From NCBI GenBank assembly GCA_016188245.1, contig JACPIE010000013.1, positions 21,058-85,057 on the forward strand: a stretch of 64,000 nt of DNA, in the 5' to 3' direction. The notes beneath the pieces were generated by a model. The model searched no databases. It saw only the letters and a list, made by a program, of their open reading frames with translations, and was not told the DNA's origin. The DNA comes from Candidatus Woesearchaeota archaeon. GTDB lineage: Archaea > Nanobdellota > Nanobdellia > Woesearchaeales > GW2011-AR4. The position numbers and the translations under genes were made by a program. Of this stretch, positions 37,825-47,332 are shown piece by piece; position 1 is the stretch's first letter, and every line of letters starts with the position of its first letter.

Positions 37825-38015
37825 ACCGTGGTGTCAAGAGTTCAAATCTCTTCCGCCCCACTTTATTTTTTGTGCAATGCCTGCTATGAAAAATCAAAAG
37901 CGGATTGCTTCCATTACGTTATTAATCCAGAAGCCGCTCTCGTGATTTTTAATTTTATTTTTATTGTGATGTTTATTTTTATTGTATGGTTACTCCAGGC
38001 TGAAATCAAATCTTT

Positions 38016-40226
38016 TTAACTGCTCAATGTAGCAGTCAAAATCCTTCCGGCAATTATGTTGAACAGGAGCATCACGGCCCCTGATATGAAGATATAAAGC
38101 AATGTGCTCCTTATCAAATTGTTTCCCAGCTGGTATCTTTCATTGAGCTTATCGCTTCCATTCTCAACGCCGTTTGCAATGACTGTAAGTATGAAAGTGA
38201 TCTGCACTACATAAATTCCTACAATCAGCTGGAAGTAATAAGTTGGTATGCCGTCGCCGAACAGGCTTATTATTCCTGTCGGGGCTGCAGCCTCTGCCCC
38301 TCCTGCTGATTCTGTAACCTGCTGCAGCTGCCCGCTTAATTTACCCAGTATGGCCGTAATCATCGAGGTTATGCCTATGACAACTCCTGCAATTGCGGGC
38401 GTCAAAAATTTGATCTGGGAATGCATTGAAGCTATTATGTCCGCCATCAGGTCTTTCAGCCTTTCATTGACTTTGTGTATCTCTTTGATGTACCTTGCAA
38501 CATTAGTCAAAGCCTGGGCTGCAATCAAAGGGCCTTTCTTTATGGCCTGAGTCAGCACTTTCATGGAGCTTTCTATAAGATTGCTTGGGAACGAGACAAG
38601 AGCGCCGTGCAGCGGGTCAAAGATGGCTTTTTCTATGCCCATCCCCAGCCTCCTTATATTCATGCTTACGAGCTGAAAAAAGCTGCCGGAAACAGTGCCT
38701 TCCATAACATCTGCAACTTTGCCGACTGCAATCTCGACAGGCAGGTTGTCCCCTAGCCTGTTTCCAAGCTGGAATAATGCATTTGCAAACTCAAGCTCAA
38801 GCTGCTTTGCCCTGTCCCTTATTTTTATAACATTCTTTGACTTAAGGCGGTAATACAAGCCGATTGCAAGGCCAAAGCTCAATGGGATGAACAGGCTCAT
38901 TACTGACGCCCCAAGCCCGTAAGGGCCTATTTCCTGGCCGGTTGCGGAGCTTGTCCTGTACTCCAAAAAACAGTATCTGTGCCCGCAGGAAGCTGCCAAG
39001 TCTTCATCCCCGAATCCAAAATCCGGAAGTCCGGCTGCATGAAGCAGTATCGGGCTTAATCCCAGCAAAAATAAAGCAACGCCCAAAAAAACGCTGAAAA
39101 ATATCGGGCTTATCTGGAATTCTTTATTGCCGAACTTTATCAGCACATTCCTGTATTTTTTAAGCTCAGGATTCTCTTCTGCAATGTCTGTGTTTCCATA
39201 GCCTGTGGGCCTTTTTGAAAGGATGCTCTTGCCGAGATAATAAACAACAACTGTAAGAATCACATTGTAGATTACCGCAAGATGGTACCATCTCACATTT
39301 TCCATAAAGCTTACAACAAGGGGCAGGATAACCAATCCGAGGATTGGAAGGATAATGCCGAGCATGTGCAGCATTGTTATCGGGTTTTGAAGGTTATGCG
39401 CGTAGTGCAGCATCTTTTCATAGGTTTCGTCAAGAATCACATCAAGGGCCTTGTCAAGCGCATTCAGCCTCCTTGATTCTTCCCCTTCATACAGCGAGCT
39501 TTCAATAAGGTGGAATGATTCAATAAATTCAAGGTTCCATTTCTTCCATGTCTCAAGGTACATATCCAGTGATTCCTTGACAGAAGAGTATTTTTCCGTT
39601 TCAACATCCCAAAGCACTTTTTTCATATCAAGGGCCAATGGGGGAGCCAGGTGCTGGCTCGCAAACTCGATTGCCTTTTCCAGGTTTGAAGTGTGCCTCA
39701 TGTATGTGACAACATAAAAAATGCACAAAACCATCTGGTTGCTTGATTTCAGCCTCCAGTTGTTCGCTATGAATTCCGGCGTTCTTGCAAGCGGCTTGAT
39801 CATGCAGGCAGCGCCAATTACAAAAAGCAGCACGAAGAAATTTGACTGGAAAACAAGGAATGCAAACAATGAGCCAAACAGGGCTGCTGCAATCGGCATC
39901 AAAAACGAAAATGAAACAGCGCCTGCCGGGGTTATGTTTAAATGGGTTATGTCTATGGATTCCTGGATTACTTGTGCCTGCTTGGCATCAGGCTTTATCT
40001 TGAGAAGCTTTTCGCTTAGATTGCATAACTTCTCATATATCGTCATTTGCCTGGGCAGAAATTCCTCTTTGAATTCCCGGTACTCCTTGGTTGTGGGCTT
40101 TGAAGGGTATTCCTCAACTTTTGCGCCCAGCTCTTTCTCCAGTTGTGTCTTGTAGAGCTCCATCAAGGACTTCAGCTTCTGCTTATCTATCTCTTTCGGC
40201 ATATTTGTAGAATATAATCTGCTCAC
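38016..40226 (-). CDS. Type IV pilus/T2SS platform membrane protein (TadC/ArlJ-like)
   Basis: Multi-TM with two cytoplasmic domains (NLEKAIEFA.., LELEFANALFQLG); follows the secretion ATPase. Confidence 0.8.
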   Translation of the reverse strand: MSRLYSTNMPKEIDKQKLKSLMELYKTQLEKELGAKVEEYPSKPTTKEYREFKEEFLPRQMTIYEKLCNLSEKLLKIKPDAKQAQVIQESIDITHLNITPAGAVSFSFLMPIAAALFGSLFAFLVFQSNFFVLLFVIGAACMIKPLARTPEFIANNWRLKSSNQMVLCIFYVVTYMRHTSNLEKAIEFASQHLAPPLALDMKKVLWDVETEKYSSVKESLDMYLETWKKWNLEFIESFHLIESSLYEGEESRRLNALDKALDVILDETYEKMLHYAHNLQNPITMLHMLGIILPILGLVILPLVVSFMENVRWYHLAVIYNVILTVVVYYLGKSILSKRPTGYGNTDIAEENPELKKYRNVLIKFGNKEFQISPIFFSVFLGVALFLLGLSPILLHAAGLPDFGFGDEDLAASCGHRYCFLEYRTSSATGQEIGPYGLGASVMSLFIPLSFGLAIGLYYRLKSKNVIKIRDRAKQLELEFANALFQLGNRLGDNLPVEIAVGKVADVMEGTVSGSFFQLVSMNIRRLGMGIEKAIFDPLHGALVSFPSNLIESSMKVLTQAIKKGPLIAAQALTNVARYIKEIHKVNERLKDLMADIIASMHSQIKFLTPAIAGVVIGITSMITAILGKLSGQLQQVTESAGGAEAAAPTGIISLFGDGIPTYYFQLIVGIYVVQITFILTVIANGVENGSDKLNERYQLGNNLIRSTLLYIFISGAVMLLFNIIAGRILTATLSS

Positions 40227-40279
40227 CTCTTTTTTGTTTTTATTTTATTGATGCGTGTGGCCAAAAATTATTTGTTTTT

Positions 40280-42583
40280 TCACATCCTGCTATGGAAATC
40301 CATCCTCTTGATATGCCTTTTCATCCACTCATTCCAGTCAAAAAATATCCTTTTTGAATCCAAAGTTCCAATTTCTTCCCTGATTTTCTCAGATATCTTG
40401 TGGAATTGGTCGTTGCTTTGTATGACAAAATCTGCTTCCAGCAGCTCCAGATTGTTTGTCTTGCTCGCAAAATCAACAAGGGATTTTTTGATATTGGCCC
40501 TCAGCATGATATTATCCCAAACGGCGTCCCAGTCTCCGGCCCATTCTTTCACATTCCCGGCAATTGCCTTCAAAATCTCGGAATCCCCATTTATAAGCTC
40601 CTCGCTTGCTTCAAGCTCGTCTTTTTTTGAGCTGTATTTCATAAGGTCGACAAATCCCTTTTCCACAAGAGGGTCCTGCTCCCATTGTTTTCTGACTTCT
40701 GTTATTTGAGTGACTCTTCTCCACCTGTGAAGCCCGTCTGCGCTTCTGACAGGATTTGCCACAATAACCACGTCTGTTGCTTTGAAGCTTGTCCTTGGCA
40801 CTCCCAAGTCATTGACCACCCTGTCAAAAACCCCATATGGGGAATCCCCATGGATTGTGCCTGCAACTACATTTGCCAACGCGCCAATTCTCATCGCCTC
40901 GTACAATGCAAGCGCTTCCTTGCTTCTTATCTCTCCGATTATAAGGGCAGAATCTCCCATCCTCAACGTTGTCCTTATGCCTTCGTCAGCAGGCACTTCG
41001 CTCGTTCCTTTTGTTAAGGCAGCAGCGACTTTCATTGACTGGATGTTGTAACCAAGCTTTCTTAATGAATTTGTAGGAAGTTCGAGCGTGTCCTCTATAG
41101 TAATCACACGATATTTTCTCATCAGTTCTACCAGCACCGCTCCAAGCAGGCTTGTTTTGCCAGCGCTTCTTGTGCCTGCAATCAGCAAAGACCTTGAGCC
41201 GTCAATCAAAAAGCTCATGATGCCTGCTGCCAGCGGATTGATCATCTTTTTCTGCATGAACAAAGGCAAAGTCCACGGCTTGTCACGATGCCTCCTAAAT
41301 GCAAAAGCCAAGCCTGATGGGTTCAAAGGAGGCGCAACAACAGCTATTCTTGAATTTGCGCCGGGAATCGTGAGCTCTGTGTCGAGAATAGGGTTTGCTT
41401 CATCCAATGGCCTTCCGGAAATAAGCCTTAGCTTTGATGCCCATGACTCGGATTCCGGCATTGTCGGGATGATGTTGGTCTTGCAGTCTGAATAATCCTG
41501 ATGCACTATGAACATTGGAGTCTCGCCAAGAGGGGAGTTTATTGTTATGTCCTGCACTTTCTCATCCTGCAAAAGCACTTCAATAAGCCCAAATCCTACA
41601 GTATACCTTACAAGAATCTTGGTCATCTCGTCTATTTCAGATGACGGAATTTTTAAATTTCTGTAATTAACAAGCTCTTCAATCATGTCATATCCAATAT
41701 TGTAGAAAACCTGCCTCATCCTCTCAGGATCGATAAACTCTTGCCTTGTCGGCTTGTGCTCCGCCATTATTTTCCTTGCCGTGTCCAGTATTTCATATTT
41801 TTCCTCGCTCAGCTTGAATTCAGGAGGGATTAAATGGTAGAGATACTGGACATTGTCCGGCAGCTCAAAAATAGTGACCTCTGTGTTCTTATCAAGATTG
41901 TAGCTGTCAATCTCCTCCCCTTCAGGAGGAAAAGAAGCCATGAGCTTTGTGAACATAAAATCCGGCCTTATATCCGGAGTGAATATTCTCCTGTAAACAG
42001 AGCGGTCATCAAGCTTGTAGCCGGACAGGTATTGCTTTGCCGCATCAATAAGCTTGGTCTTTTCAAGCAGGCCCATCAGGTATTGAAGAATTGAGATGTA
42101 GTTTCTTGCGCAGCTTATGTAGTTCTGGTCAAGTGTCCTGTCAATCCTTATCCTTTCATCTCGGGCATTCCGCTTAAGCTCGACATAAGCCCCAATGGGG
42201 TCTCTTTTCAGCAGGTCTGCTGTCAGGTTTTGCAGTGTTGAATACCACTGCGCAGCCCATTTTGTGCATTTTGGGTCGGCAAGCAGGCTTGAATACCCCA
42301 TCATGTCTCTTTTTTTTGTCAGTTGGGAATAAATCTTTGCAATTTCCTGGATCATAATGGTCTGGTTGTAGTCATACTCATAATTTCTTTTTTGGGCATA
42401 AACGATCTTTGTGGCTCCCGTAGTTTCAGAAAGTATGTCTATAGTCCTTGACATGCACACAGGATCATCTTCCAAAGAAGGGATATGGAGGTATTGCTCC
42501 AAATCAATCATAAGGATTACTTCCTCCCCTTCCCTGAGTGTATCATAAGTGAAGGGCTTTTTCGTCTCACCGAACAGTGCCAT
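40280..42583 (-). CDS. Type II/IV secretion ATPase (VirB11/TadA/ArlI-like)
   Basis: AGTRSAGKT Walker A, TIEDTLEL, LRMGDSALIIGEIR, GTIHG; start placed at MALFGE. Confidence 0.92.
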   Translation of the reverse strand: MALFGETKKPFTYDTLREGEEVILMIDLEQYLHIPSLEDDPVCMSRTIDILSETTGATKIVYAQKRNYEYDYNQTIMIQEIAKIYSQLTKKRDMMGYSSLLADPKCTKWAAQWYSTLQNLTADLLKRDPIGAYVELKRNARDERIRIDRTLDQNYISCARNYISILQYLMGLLEKTKLIDAAKQYLSGYKLDDRSVYRRIFTPDIRPDFMFTKLMASFPPEGEEIDSYNLDKNTEVTIFELPDNVQYLYHLIPPEFKLSEEKYEILDTARKIMAEHKPTRQEFIDPERMRQVFYNIGYDMIEELVNYRNLKIPSSEIDEMTKILVRYTVGFGLIEVLLQDEKVQDITINSPLGETPMFIVHQDYSDCKTNIIPTMPESESWASKLRLISGRPLDEANPILDTELTIPGANSRIAVVAPPLNPSGLAFAFRRHRDKPWTLPLFMQKKMINPLAAGIMSFLIDGSRSLLIAGTRSAGKTSLLGAVLVELMRKYRVITIEDTLELPTNSLRKLGYNIQSMKVAAALTKGTSEVPADEGIRTTLRMGDSALIIGEIRSKEALALYEAMRIGALANVVAGTIHGDSPYGVFDRVVNDLGVPRTSFKATDVVIVANPVRSADGLHRWRRVTQITEVRKQWEQDPLVEKGFVDLMKYSSKKDELEASEELINGDSEILKAIAGNVKEWAGDWDAVWDNIMLRANIKKSLVDFASKTNNLELLEADFVIQSNDQFHKISEKIREEIGTLDSKRIFFDWNEWMKRHIKRMDFHSRM

Positions 42584-42632
42584 TGCAGCCTCTTTTTTTG
42601 AATTATTAAGTTTAATTTGTTGGTTCTTCAAT

Positions 42633-42723
42633 CCGCTCGCTTCGCTCGCAAACCCTAGTGCTCGGGTGACATGCGAAAGCTCGCTTATGTCAGCGCTGTC
42701 CTACCACATCGCGACAACTCGCC
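42633..42723 (-). ncRNA. GC-rich structured RNA candidate in the leader of the ATPase operon
   Basis: Hairpins GTTGTC/GACAGC and TGACAT-GCGA/TCGC-ATGTCA inside AT-rich DNA. Confidence 0.4.
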
Positions 42724-42823
42724 TATATATTTACAACGGATTACTTTTATCATTTAATACTTAACAAAGTCGTTCTTTGTTTTTTTGAATTTTTTTTATT
42801 TTTTAATGTTTTATTTGATTGCA

Positions 42824-42964
42824 TCATTTTTTATTTGCCTTGAGCAGCTCAATCGCAACTTCAATAAGATGGGATTTGTTCCTGTATTTCCTGGTGTCGT
42901 TAAGCTCTTTACCAATCCAGCTTATCAGCTGCTCATCAATCGTTGCGCTTATTGGCTTTTTCAT
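42824..42964 (-). CDS. Ribbon-helix-helix (CopG-like) protein, 46 aa
   Basis: Manual translation MKKPISATIDEQLISWIGKELNDTRKYRNKSHLIEVAIELLKANKK. Confidence 0.75.
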   Translation of the reverse strand: MKKPISATIDEQLISWIGKELNDTRKYRNKSHLIEVAIELLKANKK

Positions 42965-43120
42965 TTATAACATAATATATATTTAATATATTTTCTATAG
43001 GCCATATTAGTTTATAATATAAGTTGTATTTAAAATTTGCGATTATTGCGCCCGCATGGTGCAAATGACAAAGTTTAAATAAATCATAAAAAGATGAAGT
43101 TAAAAAAAGAGGTTAAATTC

Positions 43121-43582
43121 ATGGAAGCTCAGCAGCCATTACCACCACCGCCAAAAAAGCATGAAAGCATGATGAAATTCGGGCATGCGCAGCAGCAGGA
43201 AGCGCCTGATTTCAGCGGAATAACAACCGATGTTAATACATTAAGCAGGCGCTTAAGGCTTCTGGAAGAGGGATTCACCAACCTACGGAGATTCTTTCAG
43301 GTGACTGAAGAGAATGCCATAGCCAAGAACAAGCATTTTTCTGCCGAAATCAAGACAATCTCATCTGATATCATGGAGATGAGGAAAGAAATCCAGGAAT
43401 TGAGGGACAAGCTGGTGTTTGTGGTAAGGGAGCTGCAGACAGTTGCAAGAAAAGAAGAAGTCAAAGTGCTTGAAAAGTACATCAACCTCTGGAATCCCAT
43501 GAAGTTTGTGACTCAAAATGAGATAGAGCAGATAATAAATGAATTTCTTGAAAAGAAAGATTCAGCAAAAAAAGAAGGCTAA
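43121..43582 (+). CDS. Coiled-coil hypothetical protein
   Basis: GAGGT ribosome site; RRLRLLEE...LEKYINLWNP. Confidence 0.75.
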   Translation: MEAQQPLPPPPKKHESMMKFGHAQQQEAPDFSGITTDVNTLSRRLRLLEEGFTNLRRFFQVTEENAIAKNKHFSAEIKTISSDIMEMRKEIQELRDKLVFVVRELQTVARKEEVKVLEKYINLWNPMKFVTQNEIEQIINEFLEKKDSAKKEG

Positions 43583-43636
43583 TAGAAAGTTTTAAATAGA
43601 TTTATCTAAAATTTAACCCTAAAAGAGAGGTGCTAG

Positions 43637-44338
43637 ATGGCTTTCTTTAAGTTCGGAAAAAAGAAAAAAGAGGATCAGTTAGACACGCCAATGCCTTCTC
43701 CAGAAATTCAGGCTCAAGCACCTTCATCCCCAATAGAGCAGGTCCTCATGATGAAGCAGCAAGGCTATACAAATAACCAGATTGTACAGACGCTGCAGAG
43801 CCAAGGCTATAACACCAACCAAATATTTGATGCCATAAACCAGGCCGGATTAAGCGGCGGCTTTGAGGCAATGCCTGAGCAAGCACCGCTTGAAACAGGA
43901 ATGCAGGATTACGGGCAAAGCTATGAGCAGCAGCAACAGCAGCCTTACCAGCAGCAGTACCAGTTCCAGCCGACTCCTCCTGAAATAAAAGCTCCAGCTT
44001 CAATAGATGAAGAAAGGATACAGGAAGTGGCAGAAGCAGTCATAGATGAGAAATGGGAAGCCTTCGCCAAAGACATAAGGAAAGTGATTGAATGGAAAGA
44101 AAGCAGCGAAAACAGGCTTTCAAAGATAGAGCAGCAGATGATTGACTTAAGGTTGAGCATTGACTCATTGACAAAAAGCATGATAACAAAGATTTCTGCC
44201 TATGACCAGAACATTGTTGATGTCGGCACTGAAATAAAGGCCATGGAAAAAGTGTTCCAGAAAGTGCTTCCTAATCTTACGGAAAGCGTCAACAAGCTCG
44301 ACAGGATGACGAAAGGGGCAAGCCCGCAGAAGAAATAA
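43637..44338 (+). CDS. Hypothetical protein (helical N-domain, Q/P linker, coiled coil)
   Basis: GAGGTG ribosome site; QQGYTNNQI..LQSQGY; EVAEAVIDEKW. Confidence 0.78.
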   Translation: MAFFKFGKKKKEDQLDTPMPSPEIQAQAPSSPIEQVLMMKQQGYTNNQIVQTLQSQGYNTNQIFDAINQAGLSGGFEAMPEQAPLETGMQDYGQSYEQQQQQPYQQQYQFQPTPPEIKAPASIDEERIQEVAEAVIDEKWEAFAKDIRKVIEWKESSENRLSKIEQQMIDLRLSIDSLTKSMITKISAYDQNIVDVGTEIKAMEKVFQKVLPNLTESVNKLDRMTKGASPQKK

Positions 44339-44358
44339 AACAAATTTATTCTTTATTT

Positions 44359-44817
44359 TTATGCAGGTTTCAATTTCGCTTTTGCTTCTTCAACAAATGC
44401 TTTGAGAATTTCGTGGCCTTTGGTAAAGTCGGGATCGCTGTGTAGAGACACAAATTTATGATGCTCCCCCCGTATCTTAATAGTGATTGGGCACACAACA
44501 TAAAGTGTTTGGCCACTCATTGCTGACATTGAACCTTGATGCTGCTCTACACGATAACTTGCAGATAAAACTCCATTATCATTATTTACAGAATAATCAT
44601 TTACCCTTATATCTCCTTCAACATGCTTTGAAGTAAACTGTGCCAGATAAAGTGCAACCTTACCTATATCTCCTCTATCATCATTTGGTGATTTTGTGTC
44701 TATAGGAACTCGCACAAAACTACCTATATTTGTATCTTCAATAAATTCAATTCCACTAACATCTATGCTTGCAGGCAATACTCCAACATATTCAGAGTCT
44801 TGAGTCATCATTACCAA
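44359..44817 (-). CDS. Hypothetical protein
   Basis: 152-aa frame filling the gap; start uncertain. Confidence 0.55.
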   Translation of the reverse strand: MVMMTQDSEYVGVLPASIDVSGIEFIEDTNIGSFVRVPIDTKSPNDDRGDIGKVALYLAQFTSKHVEGDIRVNDYSVNNDNGVLSASYRVEQHQGSMSAMSGQTLYVVCPITIKIRGEHHKFVSLHSDPDFTKGHEILKAFVEEAKAKLKPA

Positions 44818-44844
44818 TCTCTGTTTTTTTAAACATGATGATTA

Positions 44845-45345
44845 TTACGCGCTTTTGCTTGCCAGCAGGGCAATAGTAAAAACAGCTATAGCAAATACAA
44901 GGATTGTTCCCAGGAATGTAGGATGGAAAATCAGGTTTATTGTTTTTGAAAGGTCTGTCTGCACTTCCGAAGGCACGTCAATCTGCTCCCTTATTTTCAC
45001 TCCGGCAGAAACAATTATTATTAGGACTATGAATACCAGCATCACTCCCTTCAATGCAGGAAAAGAATTTGCGCCTGCCCCAAACATATGTGAGGCGACA
45101 GATATAATCACCACAAAGAGGAAGCCCACTGCTATGAAAGGGGCAATGTCAGCCACAATGCTTGTCGCAATCTGGGATGTCAAGACAAATATAGCCAAGA
45201 GCAGCCCCACAAGGGCATGAATGAACTTGTTGTCCCCCAAAACCTTGACCCAAGATAATACTGCGAACACCACAAGCCAGACAAAAATAAAGACAAAAAT
45301 GCTTGAGAAATATGCCAAGCCGGTCACGTCTAAAAAAGTTGCCAT
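44845..45345 (-). CDS. Membrane protein (paralogue 3 of a tandem triplet)
   Basis: IFVFIFVWLVVFAVLSWVKVLG..KFIHALVG. Confidence 0.75.
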   Translation of the reverse strand: MATFLDVTGLAYFSSIFVFIFVWLVVFAVLSWVKVLGDNKFIHALVGLLLAIFVLTSQIATSIVADIAPFIAVGFLFVVIISVASHMFGAGANSFPALKGVMLVFIVLIIIVSAGVKIREQIDVPSEVQTDLSKTINLIFHPTFLGTILVFAIAVFTIALLASKSA

Positions 45346-45346
45346 C

Positions 45347-45949
45347 TTACTTCTTTCCGAAAAGCTTGCTGAAATCCATCCCCATTCTGTTCATTATTGT
45401 CCTGTCTTCCCTGTCTTTTGAGTCGCTTGTAATCCACGCAATGATTAGTCCAAAAACAACAAGCATGATGAATATTGCCACTCCTTCTGTGCCGAAAAAA
45501 TTTTCCAGGGTCTGCCCAAATCCTGAATCCCACCAGCCTGCTGAGCCTCCAAAAATCAATACAATAATAACTAATGAGCCAATTGTAATCCATCCCGGCA
45601 TTGTCAATCCCAAAAACACATAATCCTGCCCAAACACACCTATCATTATAAGCAGGAACACAACCGCAACAAGCACAATTGAAATTTGTGGCAATGCATC
45701 ATTTATTATAAGCACGGGGTCAGAGTCTGCAGGAAACCTTCCTGTGACGTGGGGTATAACAACCAACAATCCAACAACAACTGCGATGATTACATTGAGA
45801 TTTTTCTTTCCCTCGCCAAGAATTTTCGTTTTTTGAAGTATCGCATACAGAATGACAAAAATCAGCAAAAAAGGCAGCATTACATCTGTCAATCCCCATC
45901 TTTCCAGTGTCCTTACAAAGCCTTCAAGCTGTAATGCCTCTGAAGCCAT
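45347..45949 (-). CDS. Membrane protein (paralogue 2)
   Basis: DVMLPFLLIFVILYAILQKTKILG..KKNLNVIIA. Confidence 0.8.
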   Translation of the reverse strand: MASEALQLEGFVRTLERWGLTDVMLPFLLIFVILYAILQKTKILGEGKKNLNVIIAVVVGLLVVIPHVTGRFPADSDPVLIINDALPQISIVLVAVVFLLIMIGVFGQDYVFLGLTMPGWITIGSLVIIVLIFGGSAGWWDSGFGQTLENFFGTEGVAIFIMLVVFGLIIAWITSDSKDREDRTIMNRMGMDFSKLFGKK

Positions 45950-45994
45950 TTTTTACCTCTTTGGGAATATTCTTTGGATGTTAGTATTTAAATC

Positions 45995-46552
45995 TTATGA
46001 ATGTTTTGCCGGGGCTGAATCTTTTGTTGCGTAAATTATGAACAGGACTATCAATGCCAGCAGCACAATCGAGCCGGTCATTTCGTCCCCGCCAGTGCCT
46101 GTAAAATCAAACACTCTCTGCAGCCATGTCCTTCCGTCAGGGCCTTTTATTGCATCGAGAAAAATTCCGATGATTGCCACGAAAACTATGATCATGAAGA
46201 CTATCTTCCATCCCCCCTCAAGAAAAACCGGCTCGCCTTCCTTGTAAAAAGAGCCGACCAAAAGCAGGAATAAAACTGAAAGGAACAGTACAATTACGGC
46301 ATTTGCCGATACTTTTGTTATTATCTCTACCAGCTGCGATGAAGCCACAACCAAAAACGCAATGACAAATGCTGCAATCGCATTCAGGTTCTTTTTCGTG
46401 TATTTCTTGCCGTCAATATCCTCTGTGCCAAGCACTTTTGTCTTTTCAAGTATGGCAAAAACAATCGTGAAAACGAGCAGGAAAGGAAGCACAACATCAA
46501 ATAAGCCGATGCTGTCAAAGAATTCTATCACCTCTCTAAAAGGGCTGGCCAT
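45995..46552 (-). CDS. Membrane protein (paralogue 1)
   Basis: DVVLPFLLVFTIVFAILEKTKVLG...KKNLNAIAA. Confidence 0.8.
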   Translation of the reverse strand: MASPFREVIEFFDSIGLFDVVLPFLLVFTIVFAILEKTKVLGTEDIDGKKYTKKNLNAIAAFVIAFLVVASSQLVEIITKVSANAVIVLFLSVLFLLLVGSFYKEGEPVFLEGGWKIVFMIIVFVAIIGIFLDAIKGPDGRTWLQRVFDFTGTGGDEMTGSIVLLALIVLFIIYATKDSAPAKHS

Positions 46553-46647
46553 AATGTTTTAAGGCTGAACGTGATATTTAAACTTTTTGTTTTTTGAGTC
46601 TGAAAATGCCCACAAACATTTATAAACATGGCTGGCAAATCAAAACT

Positions 46648-47217
46648 ATGCTCAACAAAAATGAATTTGACAAAATAAGGGAAGAAATGCACAGGCTGGA
46701 CCTCCAAAGGGAAGATGTTATCCAGACGTCAAGGGATGTAATCCACATCTCAAAGCAGATAATATATGCTGCGCAAAGAAATGAAATGGAAACAGCAGCC
46801 TCTTCAATCAAGGCAATAAAAGGCAAGATCAAAAAATTAAAAAAATTCAGGATACCCAATGACACCAATATCAATGCTGTCGCTTTCCAGGAATATGTCG
46901 AGGCAATTTCCTTCTACGAGTTTGTGAAAAACAAAAAAATACCTACAAGGCAGAGTTTGGGAGTCCCTGCTGAAGACTATTTAAGCGGGCTTTGCGACCT
47001 GACAGGAGAGCTGGTAAGGAAAGCCGTCTATGATGTGATACACAAGAAGTTTGACGAAGCAGAAAGGATAAAGGAATTGGTTCACGATATTTATGGTGAG
47101 TTTTTGAAACTTCATTTAAGAAATGGTGAATTAAGGAAAAAATCCGATTCAATCAAATGGAACCTAAAGAAGCTTGAAGAAGTGATGTATGATATTTCTA
47201 TGAAAGGAAGGCATTAG
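46648..47217 (+). CDS. Translin/Trax family RNase
   Basis: REDVIQTSRD..SKQII, FQEYVEA, YLSGLCDLTGELVR, LRKKSD. Confidence 0.9.
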   Translation: MLNKNEFDKIREEMHRLDLQREDVIQTSRDVIHISKQIIYAAQRNEMETAASSIKAIKGKIKKLKKFRIPNDTNINAVAFQEYVEAISFYEFVKNKKIPTRQSLGVPAEDYLSGLCDLTGELVRKAVYDVIHKKFDEAERIKELVHDIYGEFLKLHLRNGELRKKSDSIKWNLKKLEEVMYDISMKGRH

Positions 47218-47332
47218 ATTTTTAAGTTTCTTCAATAGTTTTAAATAAAGAAAATCAAAAATTTTCGAATTTAAAATTCTGAAATCGAAGTTATCAATAA
47301 TTTTAAATACCTTCTTCAAATCCTTTTGATTT

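Larger units (their letters stand above)
37687..37860 (+). tRNA. tRNA-Phe(GAA) with three introns
   Basis: Spliced sequence GGGGCGG TA GCTC AGCCTGGGA GAGC A CACGG CTGAAGA CCGTG GTGTC AAGAG TTCAAAT CTCTT CCGCCCC A; all four stems pair; CCA not encoded. Confidence 0.93.

Noticed and set aside
37828..38019. 63-aa ORF from the ORF track
   Set aside because: It starts inside the tRNA-Phe T-arm region and has no protein features.
41845..41853. Fourth ACTGGACAT copy
   Set aside because: It lies inside the ATPase coding region with no TATA box at the conserved spacing, so it is treated as background.
42648..42700. c-di-GMP-I riboswitch (GCAAACC...GCGAAAGC)
   Set aside because: The resemblance is on the strand opposite the downstream operon, and the GNRA/receptor architecture is not matched.
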